From assembly GCA_963675595.2 (NCBI GenBank), contig CAXXLZ010000002.1, forward strand, positions 3,680,001 to 3,744,000: a DNA stretch of 64,000 nucleotides, given 5' to 3'. The notes beneath the pieces are model-generated. The model saw only the letters and a list, made by a program, of their open reading frames with translations. It did not search any database and was not told the DNA's origin. Source of the DNA: Thermodesulfobacteriota bacterium. Lineage in GTDB: Bacteria; Desulfobacterota; Desulfarculia; JACQYL01. Shown piece by piece: positions 1-10,240 of this stretch; position 1 is the stretch's first letter, and every line of letters starts with the position of its first letter. Both the position numbers and the translations under genes were made by a program.

Positions 1-157
1 CCGAGGCTGATAAGCGGGCGAAACAGGGCGTCCGGATCGAACATGGTTCGAGGCCTTTCTTATGATCATGGGGCTATGGGGTTTGGGAAGTCCCGCATCT
101 TGTACGCTCGTTGGGGGCCGACGCCCGGTTTTCCCCATCTATATTCATGGGGTATGC

Positions 158-250
158 ATTCACGGGGGAAGACTTTCGAGAAAGTATTCCCCCGTACCCC
201 GATCCAAACTCCTCAATTAGGCCCCACCGCCTTCGGCGGAGAGGCTGAGG
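158..250 (+). repeat. REP-like composite element, family R (ATTCAC + G-rich/C-rich hairpin + GCCTCACCGCCTTCGGCGGAGAGGC hairpin)
   Basis: Same two-hairpin layout recurs at 21656-21745, 44275-44366, 26705-26796 (rev), 39101-39193 (rev), and split by the IS at 18701-18760/20151-20204. Confidence 0.85.
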
Positions 251-737
251 CGGAAATAATTCTCCTCACGTATCTCCAACGAACTCCCCATCCCCTGACT
301 CGGCAAAGGAATTCCCACTAAAAACTTCCGAATAAGTCCCGCCTTTTGACCCCATCGTGCTTAAATTGTACGATCATAATCAAAATATAGGTTTGGGATG
401 TTGATTAGTCCAGGGGGGCGGGGCTCGAGGGGCTCGGCGGAACCACACGTATTGGTGCCCATCGGCGAGAATATGCTATACTAGTACTTTAGGCTTGACG
501 TCGGGTGCCGCTCTCGAAAGGGGGCCGTCCCGGCTTTTTCGCATCGTGGAACCTCTCCATTACCGGTAAGCGCCGGCCGGTTGATCGGAGCGTGTCACGG
601 GTATGGCCCCGAGGGGGGCCGAGCTCATTTGAGTGCCCGTTTTGAGGATCGGGACGTGAATGAATTTCCTAATGAGCTGCTAAAGCGTGATCGGATTGAA
701 CCATCAAGGCTTCGAATGGACAATCGAGCCTAACCTC

Positions 738-885
738 CCGTTACAAAAAGCCGGTTGCCGCAGGCTGGTGAAAAACCCTGACATGCAAGGCGCGCAAATG
801 CCGAGGAATGAGCCGTGCATTGAGTACGTCTCAGTGACGGGGGATGCGGCGCAACGCCGCAGATCGCGTTTTTCAACGGCCTGCT
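738..885 (-). mobile_element. MITE-like repeat, family M (~145 bp, GTTGAAAAA...TTTTTCAAC ends)
   Basis: Reverse-complement copy of the element at 13345-13490 and 24198-24343; non-coding with terminal inverted repeats. Confidence 0.8.
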
Positions 886-901
886 GAATTTCGAGGAAGC
901 A

Positions 902-2791
902 ATGAAACAAGTACTGATTGCCGTTTTGACCCTGTTGCTCTTGACTTCGGGGGATGACGCGGCCACCGTCGGTCGGATTTGTGATGGTCCCCAGATTTGG
1001 TCGGCTTATCGTTTTTTCGATCCGAGCGCCAACCACTATTTCTACACCATTGACGAGGATGAGAAAAAGATCATACAGGAGATGTGGCCGGATATCTGGA
1101 TTTATGAGAAGGAAGCCTTCTGCGTGTATAACGTTCAGGCGTCCGGCATGGACCTGAAACCGGTGTTCCGATTCTACAGCGACACGCACGGGGTGCACTT
1201 TTTCACCATCTCGGAAACGGAAAAGGACATTATTCTAGAGACGTACCCCGAGGAGGTATGGCGATATGAGGGGATCGCCTGGTATGCGTGGGCCGGGAAG
1301 CCTTCCGTGGAGACGGCATCCACGGCGATGCCGGTTTATCGGTTCTGGTCGGATCGGTATAACGGGCATTTTTTCACCACGGATGAGGATGAGAAATCGG
1401 CTCGTGAGGCCGATCCCAACTGGCGATACGAAGGCATCGCCTATTACGCATTGGCCGGAGAGTCCGAGGTTCCCGAAGGAGTGGAGGTTTCTCCTCTGGG
1501 GTGGGATTTCGGCACGATCAATCCGGGAGCCTATTGCGAACGCACGATAACGCTTACCAACAACGGGGAAGACCTGACGACCGTGTTCGAATTGACCGGA
1601 TTGCCGGCGTCGGGATTCAGCCTGGTGGAATCCCCCTCCCTTCCCTTCCTGATCGAGCCGGGTGGCACGGTTTCGTTGCGGATACGGTTCGCTTCCGAGC
1701 AACATGGGAGAAATTCGGCCAATCTCGGCATTGAAACGGATGATCCGTACAATCCCGTGCAGTACGTATCCTGCACGGGGAATGTACGCTCCTTTAATGA
1801 GTTCGGTTTTCACCTGAATCCCGTGATGCTCAACGGTTCTTTCGAAGGGGGCGCGTACCGGGAGCCGTCCAAGTCCATAGGTGCGGCTTCGAGGGCTCGG
1901 TTCTTCTCTTATGAAACCCCTGTGGGCACCCGTCATGTCAAGCTGCCGCTCGCGGCGAGCCTGAGCAAGGCCTATCCCACGGACGAAGACTACAAACGGA
2001 TGAAGGCCATAGGGGACATCGTCGTGTCCAACATTTGGCTTTCCTACTGGGACGATGCGGGGGATCGTCCGGAAATGGAGAAGATCATAGACCGTTGCGC
2101 CGGGTACGGCCTTCTATTGATCGTCCGCCTTGAGGACCAAAGCCGCATCTCGAACTACCCAACTCCGGGACCTTCCGACGATACGTGGTTCACGGAAGTG
2201 TGGGAGCCGTACGTGCGGTCCATTGTGGAATATGGAAAAGGAAAAGTTTTTGCCTATCAAGTGGGTAACGAAGTGTGGGAACCGTCGCGCTACATGCTGG
2301 GACCCACGGGCGAGAAGATTTCCAACGGGGAATACATCGATTTTCTCGCACGGACCAGGGAGCTGATCCTGTCCATTGATCCCGGTGTGGACGTGTACAA
2401 TTCCGCCCTTACCAGTATCGTGGAATCCGGATATAATCCCAGGGTCAAGGACCTGTTGGATATGGACATTGAAGATTACACCAATATCTTCAACTTCCAT
2501 TATTTTCCCCATGGAGAAGTGGACTTCGATGAATTCCTGAAACTTCTGGAGCTCAGTTTTTACATCGACGACGACGTGATCATCACGGAATGCAACCACA
2601 TCGATCCCGAGGCGAGTGATCAGGACAAATACGAAGCCATCATGGACGTCATGGATGAAGTGTCCGGACTGTTCAGCCTAAGAGGGACATTGGCCTTTGC
2701 GTGGAACGCCGGAACCGCGGATCAAACCCTGCTTCCATGGGTCATCAAGGATACGTCCCTGGAGCAGATGCTTTACGACCATTTCAACTAA
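902..2791 (+). CDS. Secreted multidomain protein: DUF5648-like repeats + Ig-like (ASH/choice-of-anchor D) domain + clan GH-A-like glycoside hydrolase barrel
   Basis: Signal peptide; three PV(F/Y)RF...HF(F/Y)T...E repeats; DFG...ITLTNNG Ig motif; YQVGNE (acid/base), FNFHY and IITE (nucleophile) motifs. Confidence 0.75.
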   Translation: MKQVLIAVLTLLLLTSGDDAATVGRICDGPQIWSAYRFFDPSANHYFYTIDEDEKKIIQEMWPDIWIYEKEAFCVYNVQASGMDLKPVFRFYSDTHGVHFFTISETEKDIILETYPEEVWRYEGIAWYAWAGKPSVETASTAMPVYRFWSDRYNGHFFTTDEDEKSAREADPNWRYEGIAYYALAGESEVPEGVEVSPLGWDFGTINPGAYCERTITLTNNGEDLTTVFELTGLPASGFSLVESPSLPFLIEPGGTVSLRIRFASEQHGRNSANLGIETDDPYNPVQYVSCTGNVRSFNEFGFHLNPVMLNGSFEGGAYREPSKSIGAASRARFFSYETPVGTRHVKLPLAASLSKAYPTDEDYKRMKAIGDIVVSNIWLSYWDDAGDRPEMEKIIDRCAGYGLLLIVRLEDQSRISNYPTPGPSDDTWFTEVWEPYVRSIVEYGKGKVFAYQVGNEVWEPSRYMLGPTGEKISNGEYIDFLARTRELILSIDPGVDVYNSALTSIVESGYNPRVKDLLDMDIEDYTNIFNFHYFPHGEVDFDEFLKLLELSFYIDDDVIITECNHIDPEASDQDKYEAIMDVMDEVSGLFSLRGTLAFAWNAGTADQTLLPWVIKDTSLEQMLYDHFN

Positions 2792-2962
2792 TGCCGGCGG
2801 TAGCCGTTGTCCGGGAATTTCGGGCTCACCGTTTGTGGGACCATCGTCGTTCGAAGGGAAGGGGTTTTCCCCGGAAAATGGGTTGTTGTTTTCGTTCCGT
2901 CGAAAAAGAAGCGCCCGGCGGTTGCGGAATCTCTTTGCGGCAGGGAAGGAAGATGTAGAAAC

Positions 2963-4207
2963 ATGGATGGCGAATGCGGGAAGATGCCCGAAAAAGCGCG
3001 GCTGTTGGCCAAACTGGCGGAAGGGAATTTCAGCGTCCCTCCGTTTGTGTATGTTCCGGCGGAGGATTTCAAAAATAAACGTTTTGATGCTCTCGAAACC
3101 TATCTCAAAGATCATTCCGAGCGCTTCAAGGTGATTGCGCGCAGTGCGCATCCGCAGGAGAATTGTTTTAAAGGAGGTACTTTCGACTCCTTGGAAACCT
3201 ATGCGGATGTGGCGGGAATCACCTATGCCCGCACCAAGATCGTAAATTTGGCGCGCACGGCCAAGCGCCTTTCCATACTCCGACAGCAAAAGTTCAACCA
3301 CGCCCCCGAGATCGACGTGGAAGACATGGGCATCGTGGTCATGCCTTTTGTCGAAGGACGGAACGTCATGGCCAAGGTGCTCGGAAACAGTTGGGAATTC
3401 GGGTACGCGGCGGACCGCTCCCAACGGGTGGGTTCCGAGCCGTATCTCACCAAGACGCCCCATGACATGCGTCTCCTGCAGCTGTCCGAGGAGGTGCAGA
3501 ATTACCTGGGTTTTCGATGCGAGATCGAGTTCGTGGTTTCGGAGGAGGGGGATATCTACATCGTGCAGGCGAAAGACATCTCCCAGGCGGACTCGGTGGA
3601 TTTGCAGGATTCGCACAGGAGTCTCCGTTTGGACGGAGTGCGGAGGACGCGAAGGCGAAGGAACTACCGGGAGCGTCCGTTATACGTCATGGACAATCGG
3701 GAGATTTACCTCAATATCATCAGCGTTTGCGAAGACATGGTTCTCGATGCTTCGGAATCGCGCACCACCATCGACGACGTTTTGAGCCTGATCAACGCCT
3801 TTGAAACCGAACTGGAGGAATTCGCCCTCCGGAATCCCCACTTTGCCGTTTTGGGGATTTCCATAAGAATTCCCCAAAACATCTACCAGATCGCCAACCA
3901 TTATCTGGACGATACTCCGGAATTGCAGAAGCAGCTATCCGAGGCCCTTCGCGCCAACATGTATCGCATCGATCAGTTCATATCCGAAGCCGATACCTTG
4001 ATCGCCAAAGCGCGAATCCGGTTTAATCTGTGCAGTCACGACGCCTACGGGGTGGATACGGTGCGCAACCCGCTCTGGTCGGTCTACTGGCACGTGGAGA
4101 ACCACGACACGGCGATACGGGATATCAGGCGGCTGGGTTTCAAGACGGGGGATGAAATCGGCATCGATATCGACTGTGACGAACGACCCACCATGCAACG
4201 GCTTTGA
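2963..4207 (+). CDS. PEP/pyruvate-binding (PPDK_N-like ATP-grasp) domain protein with unknown C-terminal domain
   Basis: ARSAHPQE..GGTFDS and EIEFVV..GDIYIVQAKDI resemble the PEP synthase/PPDK N-domain motifs; start chosen at ATG 2963 (2984 is possible). Confidence 0.65.
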   Translation: MDGECGKMPEKARLLAKLAEGNFSVPPFVYVPAEDFKNKRFDALETYLKDHSERFKVIARSAHPQENCFKGGTFDSLETYADVAGITYARTKIVNLARTAKRLSILRQQKFNHAPEIDVEDMGIVVMPFVEGRNVMAKVLGNSWEFGYAADRSQRVGSEPYLTKTPHDMRLLQLSEEVQNYLGFRCEIEFVVSEEGDIYIVQAKDISQADSVDLQDSHRSLRLDGVRRTRRRRNYRERPLYVMDNREIYLNIISVCEDMVLDASESRTTIDDVLSLINAFETELEEFALRNPHFAVLGISIRIPQNIYQIANHYLDDTPELQKQLSEALRANMYRIDQFISEADTLIAKARIRFNLCSHDAYGVDTVRNPLWSVYWHVENHDTAIRDIRRLGFKTGDEIGIDIDCDERPTMQRL

Positions 4208-4371
4208 ACAAGGCGGCGGGGTCGCCTCCTTATTCGAGGCTCCGGTGTCCGAGGGGAATCTTCAAGAGAAACAAGCCCGCTTCTTCCCGGCATTGTCGGC
4301 CGGGATGATTCAAGCGGGCTTTGTTTTGCGCGTCGGCGGTGAGGCCGGCATCACGGGGATCGACGAGAACG

Positions 4372-5328
4372 CTATTTTTCGGGAATCAGAACGGACACGT
4401 CCACTCTCCGATTCTGAGCCATGCTCCATTTGGAGTCGTTGGCTTCCGGGGCCCCGTATTCGCCTTTGCTCGTCGCACTGATGTCGGATTCCGGGACTCC
4501 GAAAGAGGCCAGAATTCGAGCCGCGTTCGTGGCCCTGCCCGCGGCCAGTTCCCAGTTGGAGGGATACTTGGACGTCTTTATGGGCCGGCTGTCCGCGGAA
4601 CCTACCAGTTGAATCCGTCCCGAATAAGCGGACGCGACTTCGGCGACCTTTTTCAGAAACAGATGATCGTTTTGAGGGACTTCCGTCTTGCCGGAATCGA
4701 ACAGGATCGGGCGGCTGAATTTGACCAAGAGTCCTTGGTCGGTGGATTTCATGGAAGTCCAGGGGTCGAGACTCTTGTCCTCCAGTGTTTTGGACACGCG
4801 TTTCATCAGCTCGCTCTGTCCAAATTCCGTTGATCCGGCTTCGCCCATATTCATCATGTCCGCGACCCGCTGCCGAAAGCTCCACCAGTCCAGAGGCTTG
4901 CCGGCAAAAGCGTTACGCACTTCGCCATCCAACGCCGTAAGCCGGTCCAAGTGCCCTTTGATCATGGTGACCAAGCGGCTTTTTTCCTGGGCGAGTTGAT
5001 CCCGTCGTGCCTGCAGGGTTCGTTGCCGCTGCAGCAATTCACTGGGCACGGCGTCGGTCCGGTCCCTTACCCGCTCGATCTGTAGGTCCACCCAATCCAG
5101 GTCTTTCTTGACCTCCAGGGCTTCCTTGCCGATCTCCAGAATTCGTGCGTCGTAATCAACAACGGCATCCTCGAGAATCCGCTTTTCGTCCATGGCCACC
5201 ACGCGAAAAGACTCGAGGGAACCCGCGGGGCTTTGGCTCCAGGCGGAAACCACGGGCAAGCCAAGGATCAAGAAACACAATACGACCACTTTCAACGATT
5301 GCTTCCTTGCGTACATGAACACCTCCAC
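4372..5328 (-). CDS. Secreted coiled-coil protein with OmpA/MotB-type peptidoglycan-binding C-terminal domain
   Basis: Signal peptide, heptad-rich middle, ILFDSG...SNWELAAGRA...NRRVD motifs. Confidence 0.85.
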   Translation of the reverse strand: MEVFMYARKQSLKVVVLCFLILGLPVVSAWSQSPAGSLESFRVVAMDEKRILEDAVVDYDARILEIGKEALEVKKDLDWVDLQIERVRDRTDAVPSELLQRQRTLQARRDQLAQEKSRLVTMIKGHLDRLTALDGEVRNAFAGKPLDWWSFRQRVADMMNMGEAGSTEFGQSELMKRVSKTLEDKSLDPWTSMKSTDQGLLVKFSRPILFDSGKTEVPQNDHLFLKKVAEVASAYSGRIQLVGSADSRPIKTSKYPSNWELAAGRATNAARILASFGVPESDISATSKGEYGAPEANDSKWSMAQNRRVDVSVLIPEK

Positions 5329-5381
5329 TAACGCCCGAGCCTTGCCGATGCCGGCGAAAACCGGCTGACGACGGCTCCGGG

Positions 5382-5912
5382 TCAGCCTTTGCCGCCTCGT
5401 TGAGGCGGAGCCGATCTACCGGCGTCGACGCGATCATAAAGGATATGATCCGGAGACACATGTATCCGGGCTCGCATGGACACCTCGGTGATTCCGTTGG
5501 AAAGGCGTTTTGTCTCGAGCACTTGAGCTCCCCGCAACCAGGTTTCCGTTTCCAGCCGAACCCGGTCGTAGTCCACCGCGTTGCTCCCCATGCTCATATA
5601 GGCCTGGACGTAGATTCCGTGGATCTCCTCCGCCAGCTTCCGATAAGCGTCGGCAGTGGCGGCGCGTTCGGCCATGAGCATGGCCTGCGCTTTGCTCGAC
5701 GCCTGGTCGGGCTCGACCCCCTTGCCCACCACCGTTACCGTAAGGAGTCCTTTGGTGTCGGGCTCACCGGGATAATTACCCAGCACGCGGTAAGGGTCAC
5801 CGGGGCTGAGGGGCCTGATATAGCCGCCCACCGGAACCCCTCTGGAGCAGGCGGAGAGCGCCAACCCCGAAACCAGGATCACACCAAGACAGCCAATCCA
5901 AAACTTCCTCAT
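5382..5912 (-). CDS. LPP20/FlgP-like lipoprotein
   Basis: Lipobox LSAC; MAERAATADAYRKLAEEIHG motif; start at ATG 5912 after GGAGG. Confidence 0.75.
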   Translation of the reverse strand: MRKFWIGCLGVILVSGLALSACSRGVPVGGYIRPLSPGDPYRVLGNYPGEPDTKGLLTVTVVGKGVEPDQASSKAQAMLMAERAATADAYRKLAEEIHGIYVQAYMSMGSNAVDYDRVRLETETWLRGAQVLETKRLSNGITEVSMRARIHVSPDHILYDRVDAGRSAPPQRGGKG

Positions 5913-5947
5913 ATCTTCCTCCTTTTTCCCACTTGAATGCACTCCGG

Positions 5948-6754
5948 TCAATCCTTTCGAACCAGGGCCACCTCCACTCGCCGGTTGGTTCGACGGTGAG
6001 CCTCGGTATCGTTTTCGACCAATGGCCGATACTCGGAAAAGCCCTCCACCACGATTCTGCGGGGGTCCACCCCCTGGGAAAGCAGCGCCTTGGCCACATT
6101 GACGGCCCGCGCCGTGGACAATTCCCAATTGCTGGGAAAACGATCCGTGCATATGGGAGCATCGTCGGTATGCCCGGATATTTTAATGCTGTATTCCTTC
6201 ATTCTTAGCAGGAATTGGGCCAAACGTTCAAGAACCGGTTGGAAAGGTTCCAGAACTTCCGCCCGACCCGTCTCGAAAAGCACTTGTTCCCCCAACACCA
6301 GAACCGGACCCTGCCGATCGGACCTCAGGTAAAAGTCTTCGGACTCCGAAAGGCTCAGCGCGCTCAGGATCTCTTCCTTGATTTCGCTCCAATCTTCCGT
6401 AGGCGGCGGGACAACGATGCGATGGGTCACTTCATGGGCGGGCGGATATGACTCGGGACGTTGATCATGTATCGGTCGGATGACGGTAAACGGTTCGATG
6501 ACCGACGCTCGAGTGACGCCCGACGAAACCATGGGCGCCGACGTTTCCTTCATACGGCTGTCTCCCTTGGAAACGCCCACCTGGGAAAGCAGCACGAAAA
6601 ACATCAATAGGATGGTCATCAAGTCGCTGAGACTGATCAGCAGCGAATCCCCTTCGGGTTCGCCCTTGAGCAGCCGTTCCCGCCACCGGGACGTCTTCTT
6701 GCGTTCGACCTGCTCCAGGCGGCGGGTAAGCTCTCGAACGTGAGTCTCACGCAT
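5948..6754 (-). CDS. motB: Flagellar stator protein MotB/PomB
   Basis: SLSDLMTILLMFFVLL TM helix with conserved Asp; GHTDD, SNWELSTARA and NRRVE OmpA motifs; overlaps motA. Confidence 0.9.
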   Translation of the reverse strand: MRETHVRELTRRLEQVERKKTSRWRERLLKGEPEGDSLLISLSDLMTILLMFFVLLSQVGVSKGDSRMKETSAPMVSSGVTRASVIEPFTVIRPIHDQRPESYPPAHEVTHRIVVPPPTEDWSEIKEEILSALSLSESEDFYLRSDRQGPVLVLGEQVLFETGRAEVLEPFQPVLERLAQFLLRMKEYSIKISGHTDDAPICTDRFPSNWELSTARAVNVAKALLSQGVDPRRIVVEGFSEYRPLVENDTEAHRRTNRRVEVALVRKD

Positions 6755-7571
6755 TCTCTCGCCTCAGGTTCATGAACTTGGCTCGATCCATCACTCCGTG
6801 ATTGGACCCTTTACGGCTGAAATCGCCTCCCGATTGTTGTTCGAGAAAATACTTCAGCCGATGTTGAATGCCCCTCGAGTTCTCTCCTTCGGCGATGGCC
6901 GTTATGCCTTCGATCAGCAGTCCCTTGACGGCCAGTTCCGTGCGAATGTGCTCGGAGAGTTTGCGGGATATGGGAAGAAAGAGGACATTGGCCAGAAGCA
7001 GTCCATAGAAGGTGGTGAGGAGAGCCACGCTCATGGCTTTGCCCACTTCCGCGGCGGATGAGAGATTGCCCAAGGCGCCGACCAAACCGATGATGGTGCC
7101 CACAAAGCCGAAAGCGGGCGCCAGTTTGCTCATGGTGTTCAGAACCGCCAACTGGGACTCGAGGCGAGAGGCATGGAATTCATGCTCTCTTTCCAGAACG
7201 TCCCGAATCTCGTATCTCTCGTAGCGATCCACCACCAGCTCGACGCCGAACTTGAGAAAGGGGTTCCCGATTTTCGCGGCTTCCTGTTCGAGGGCTTTGA
7301 TGCCTTTCAGCCGACCGACGCGAGCCAGAGACACGATCTGCCTGACGGTGGCGTTCATGCCCACGGGCTTGGCGGTGAACATGTGGCGCACCGTTCCCCC
7401 CAATTCCTTCACCGTGGAAACGGGGAAAGCGACCAATACGCCCAACAGGGTTCCTCCCAACACGATCGCCAGACTTTTGACGTTGGAAAAGAGAGAGACT
7501 TCTCCGGCGAAGGAGGTGGATACGAAGACGATAAACGCCAGTACGCCCATGATGACCAGTTTCTGAACCAC
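6747..7571 (-). CDS. motA: Flagellar stator protein MotA/PomA
   Basis: IVLGGT, APAFGFVGTIIGLV and ALLTTFYG motifs. Confidence 0.92.
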   Translation of the reverse strand: MVQKLVIMGVLAFIVFVSTSFAGEVSLFSNVKSLAIVLGGTLLGVLVAFPVSTVKELGGTVRHMFTAKPVGMNATVRQIVSLARVGRLKGIKALEQEAAKIGNPFLKFGVELVVDRYERYEIRDVLEREHEFHASRLESQLAVLNTMSKLAPAFGFVGTIIGLVGALGNLSSAAEVGKAMSVALLTTFYGLLLANVLFLPISRKLSEHIRTELAVKGLLIEGITAIAEGENSRGIQHRLKYFLEQQSGGDFSRKGSNHGVMDRAKFMNLRRENA

Positions 7572-7612
7572 GCGTATCTCCTTTCGACCAAACGAATGTT
7601 CACGTTTTGGGA

Positions 7613-7628
7613 TGCATCTATTATGCCA
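7613..7628 (-). promoter_or_regulatory. Sigma54 (-24/-12) promoter of the motA operon
   Basis: Minus strand TGGCATAATAGATGCA = GG-N10-GC, about 40 bp upstream of motA. Confidence 0.65.
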
Positions 7629-7825
7629 ATGATCACCCTTCGCCAGCTTGGGCAGGAAGTCTATTAATATCGATAGGTTATCTTCATCGGATGATTCGGA
7701 ATGTTGGGATTTGGCTTCTCCCCGGTCATTTTTTGCCTATACAGTGGGAAGCAAGGCTTCCCGGTCCTTCGGCCAACTATTTGAATTTAAAATCTATTTT
7801 TGTTGGACGAATGGGCTCTAGTCAG

Positions 7826-7841
7826 TGGCACGGAATATGCT
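7826..7841 (+). promoter_or_regulatory. Sigma54 (-24/-12) promoter of the diguanylate cyclase
   Basis: TGGCACGGAATATGCT = GG-N10-GC. Confidence 0.7.
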
Positions 7842-7936
7842 TGCTCAAAAATCGGGATCGCTTCTATTGCGGCGAGGAAATCCCCCACCCGCCGCGCCGC
7901 ATGATCGAACGGGGATACAGGAAGGAAATATCGTCT

Positions 7937-9322
7937 ATGCAAGCGTTCAGGTCCGTGATCGACCGTCAAGCTCTTGACTCGAACAAAGCCGTCACCCGGG
8001 ACATCCTTAATTTCCCCAGGCTGCTGAGGGACGAATACGACGTCATTATGATCGGATTGACCAAAGACGCGGAATGGAACCGGGACGTGGTGGATGCACT
8101 GAATAAGGACCACGACGGCAAGCGAATCGTTTTGATGACCGATGACTCGGTGCTGGCCGAAGTGGTGCCTTTGCTCCGCAGAGGAGGCTCCAATCTGGTG
8201 GTGTCTCCGTCGTTGTGTGCGGAAGACCCGCTACGGGAATCGAGAACGGGGACGGTGGTCGCCTCTTCTTTGTCCAGCCGTTCCGAAGAGTCGACCGAAG
8301 ACCGATTCAGAGGGCTTTCAAGGGCGGAACCGCCGGGCGAACTTGCCTTCTTACGAGAGTTTACCCGAAACGTGCATCAATCTCTCGATCCTGTCGAGAT
8401 TGTGGATAAGACCCTCGAAATGGTGGGCTGTGCCGCCGGCGTCGAGATGATAACGGTTCTCTTATTGGAAGAGGAACGGAATTTTTTCGTCACATGGCTT
8501 AAAGGCGATCCTTCCATCGAAGAGAAAACCCGCCTCCAAGGGGAAATCCAGAGGAGCCTCGCATCCTGGGTGAACGGGAAGCCTTCCGCCTTCGATTGGC
8601 GCTTGGAACGATACGATGATGGGATAGCTTACGACGGAACGCCGAAACCGGAAGGGATGCAGGCCTTTCCTCTCGAATTCAAGGGAGAGCGAGTGGGGGT
8701 CTTGGCGTATAAGTCAGGTTCCTCCGGGGGAAACAAGGAAGAAATCGATTCGCTGTTTCGGAGTGTCGCCGAGCCCCTGGCTTTGGCTTTGTGGAATGCG
8801 GAAAAGTACGATCGGATGTTGCGGCTGGCCGAAACGGACGAGCTGACCGGTTTGCCCAACTATAGGGCCACCATAAGGCGGCTTAGGCAGGAAGTGGAAC
8901 GGGCGGTTCGCCATAATGAACCCCTTTCCATCATTCTCCTGGACCTGGATCACTTCAAGACCATCAACGATACGCTGGGACATGCGACCGGAGATTTGGT
9001 GCTCCGGGAGTTCTCACGCATATTGGAGGGCAGCCTGCGCGCCTACGATTTGGCCGGAAGATACGCCGGGGACGAGTTCCTGCTGGTGTTGCCCAAGACC
9101 ACGAGCGCCCATGCCGCCCGCATCGCGGAACGCATCCATGCCGAGATTCACAAACATGCATGGCCCGATGCATTGAACGGAAACCAGGTGACCGCGAGCA
9201 TCGGAGTGGCTTCGCGCGAGGACGACGATCCCTGCGCTACCATGGAAGACTTGTTCAGGGACGTGGATGATGCGCTTTATCGAGCCAAACGGGAAGGGCG
9301 GGACCGGACCATGTCCGCCTGA
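7937..9322 (+). CDS. Diguanylate cyclase (GAF-like + GGDEF domain, AGDEF variant)
   Basis: TDELTGLPN, DLDHFKTINDTLGH, RAYD I-site, RYAGDEF; start moved to ATG 7937, downstream of the sigma54 site. Confidence 0.88.
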   Translation: MQAFRSVIDRQALDSNKAVTRDILNFPRLLRDEYDVIMIGLTKDAEWNRDVVDALNKDHDGKRIVLMTDDSVLAEVVPLLRRGGSNLVVSPSLCAEDPLRESRTGTVVASSLSSRSEESTEDRFRGLSRAEPPGELAFLREFTRNVHQSLDPVEIVDKTLEMVGCAAGVEMITVLLLEEERNFFVTWLKGDPSIEEKTRLQGEIQRSLASWVNGKPSAFDWRLERYDDGIAYDGTPKPEGMQAFPLEFKGERVGVLAYKSGSSGGNKEEIDSLFRSVAEPLALALWNAEKYDRMLRLAETDELTGLPNYRATIRRLRQEVERAVRHNEPLSIILLDLDHFKTINDTLGHATGDLVLREFSRILEGSLRAYDLAGRYAGDEFLLVLPKTTSAHAARIAERIHAEIHKHAWPDALNGNQVTASIGVASREDDDPCATMEDLFRDVDDALYRAKREGRDRTMSA

Positions 9323-9480
9323 TCGGACAGCCGTCCATGGCAATTCTTCACGGGGGAAATTCCCGATACGGGGCTTTCCCCCGTTTTGCATTTTCGGGCC
9401 CGCTACAACCCTTCAATGGGCCGGAAAGTATCCTTCCGGGAAAGAATCACTGAAGAACCGCATGAGACTTGGGTTCGGCC

Positions 9481-10122
9481 TCAACGCGGGCCGGGGCGGA
9501 TTTCCGCACCCACACGGTTCATCCAGCGTGTGATCAGCGTGGACAGACGGCCGGCGGATCGCCCCGCTTCCTCGAAAGCTTCTCCCAATTCTCTGGGCGC
9601 GGCGCCGAGCAGCTCGATCCATCCGGCAGCGGGCTTTCGGCCGTCCCAAGGACGCATGGGAACCCTCACCGTGACGGTCATCTCCGCTCCTTCCACCTTT
9701 CGCTCCACAACGGAAAGATCGGGTCCTACCAGATAATATTCCCGTATGTGCGTTTCGTCCAAGGCCACGGCCGCGTCCTGAACCAGGACCCGCTGAGCCA
9801 CGTGGGCAGTTTTTTCCCCTTGGGTGTAGGCGATTCGGCTCAATGCGTCGACAACCGCTCTGCGTTCCACGGCCTCCATGGTTTCTCCGGCCCGGCCAAC
9901 GGCGCAGCCCTGGATGTAAACCGTGCGGGGGGCCTCACCTTCCAAGCCGTCCGGCGGCCTTTCGAAGAGAACTTCACCCTTGTGGAAGGCCCCGTTCCGG
10001 AATCCTTCGGAAACCCGGACGAGCAACACGTCGGCATACTCCGCGGCCTTCACCTCCCGGAGGAGGGGCGTAGCCGCAAGCGAAAGGGCGATAAAGAGGG
10101 ACATTAGGATCAAGGTGCGCAT
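9481..10122 (-). CDS. Secreted hypothetical protein
   Basis: Signal peptide, host-like codon use, upstream sigma54 motif. Confidence 0.65.
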   Translation of the reverse strand: MRTLILMSLFIALSLAATPLLREVKAAEYADVLLVRVSEGFRNGAFHKGEVLFERPPDGLEGEAPRTVYIQGCAVGRAGETMEAVERRAVVDALSRIAYTQGEKTAHVAQRVLVQDAAVALDETHIREYYLVGPDLSVVERKVEGAEMTVTVRVPMRPWDGRKPAAGWIELLGAAPRELGEAFEEAGRSAGRLSTLITRWMNRVGAEIRPGPR

Positions 10123-10240
10123 GGTTTCCCGTTGCAGACTCGGCGCCGTCGTCCGGCCGTGGCCGGCGCCGGATTGCGTCCCGCACGGTCGATACGGCCG
10201 ACAAGTGATGGAACGATTCCACTTTTGCTCTCATTCGTTA

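Noticed and set aside
4372-7571. Zorya (ZorAB) defence system
   Set aside because: MotA is the short flagellar type without ZorA's long tail; sigma54 promoters and an FlgP-like neighbour favour motility; no zorC/D/E.
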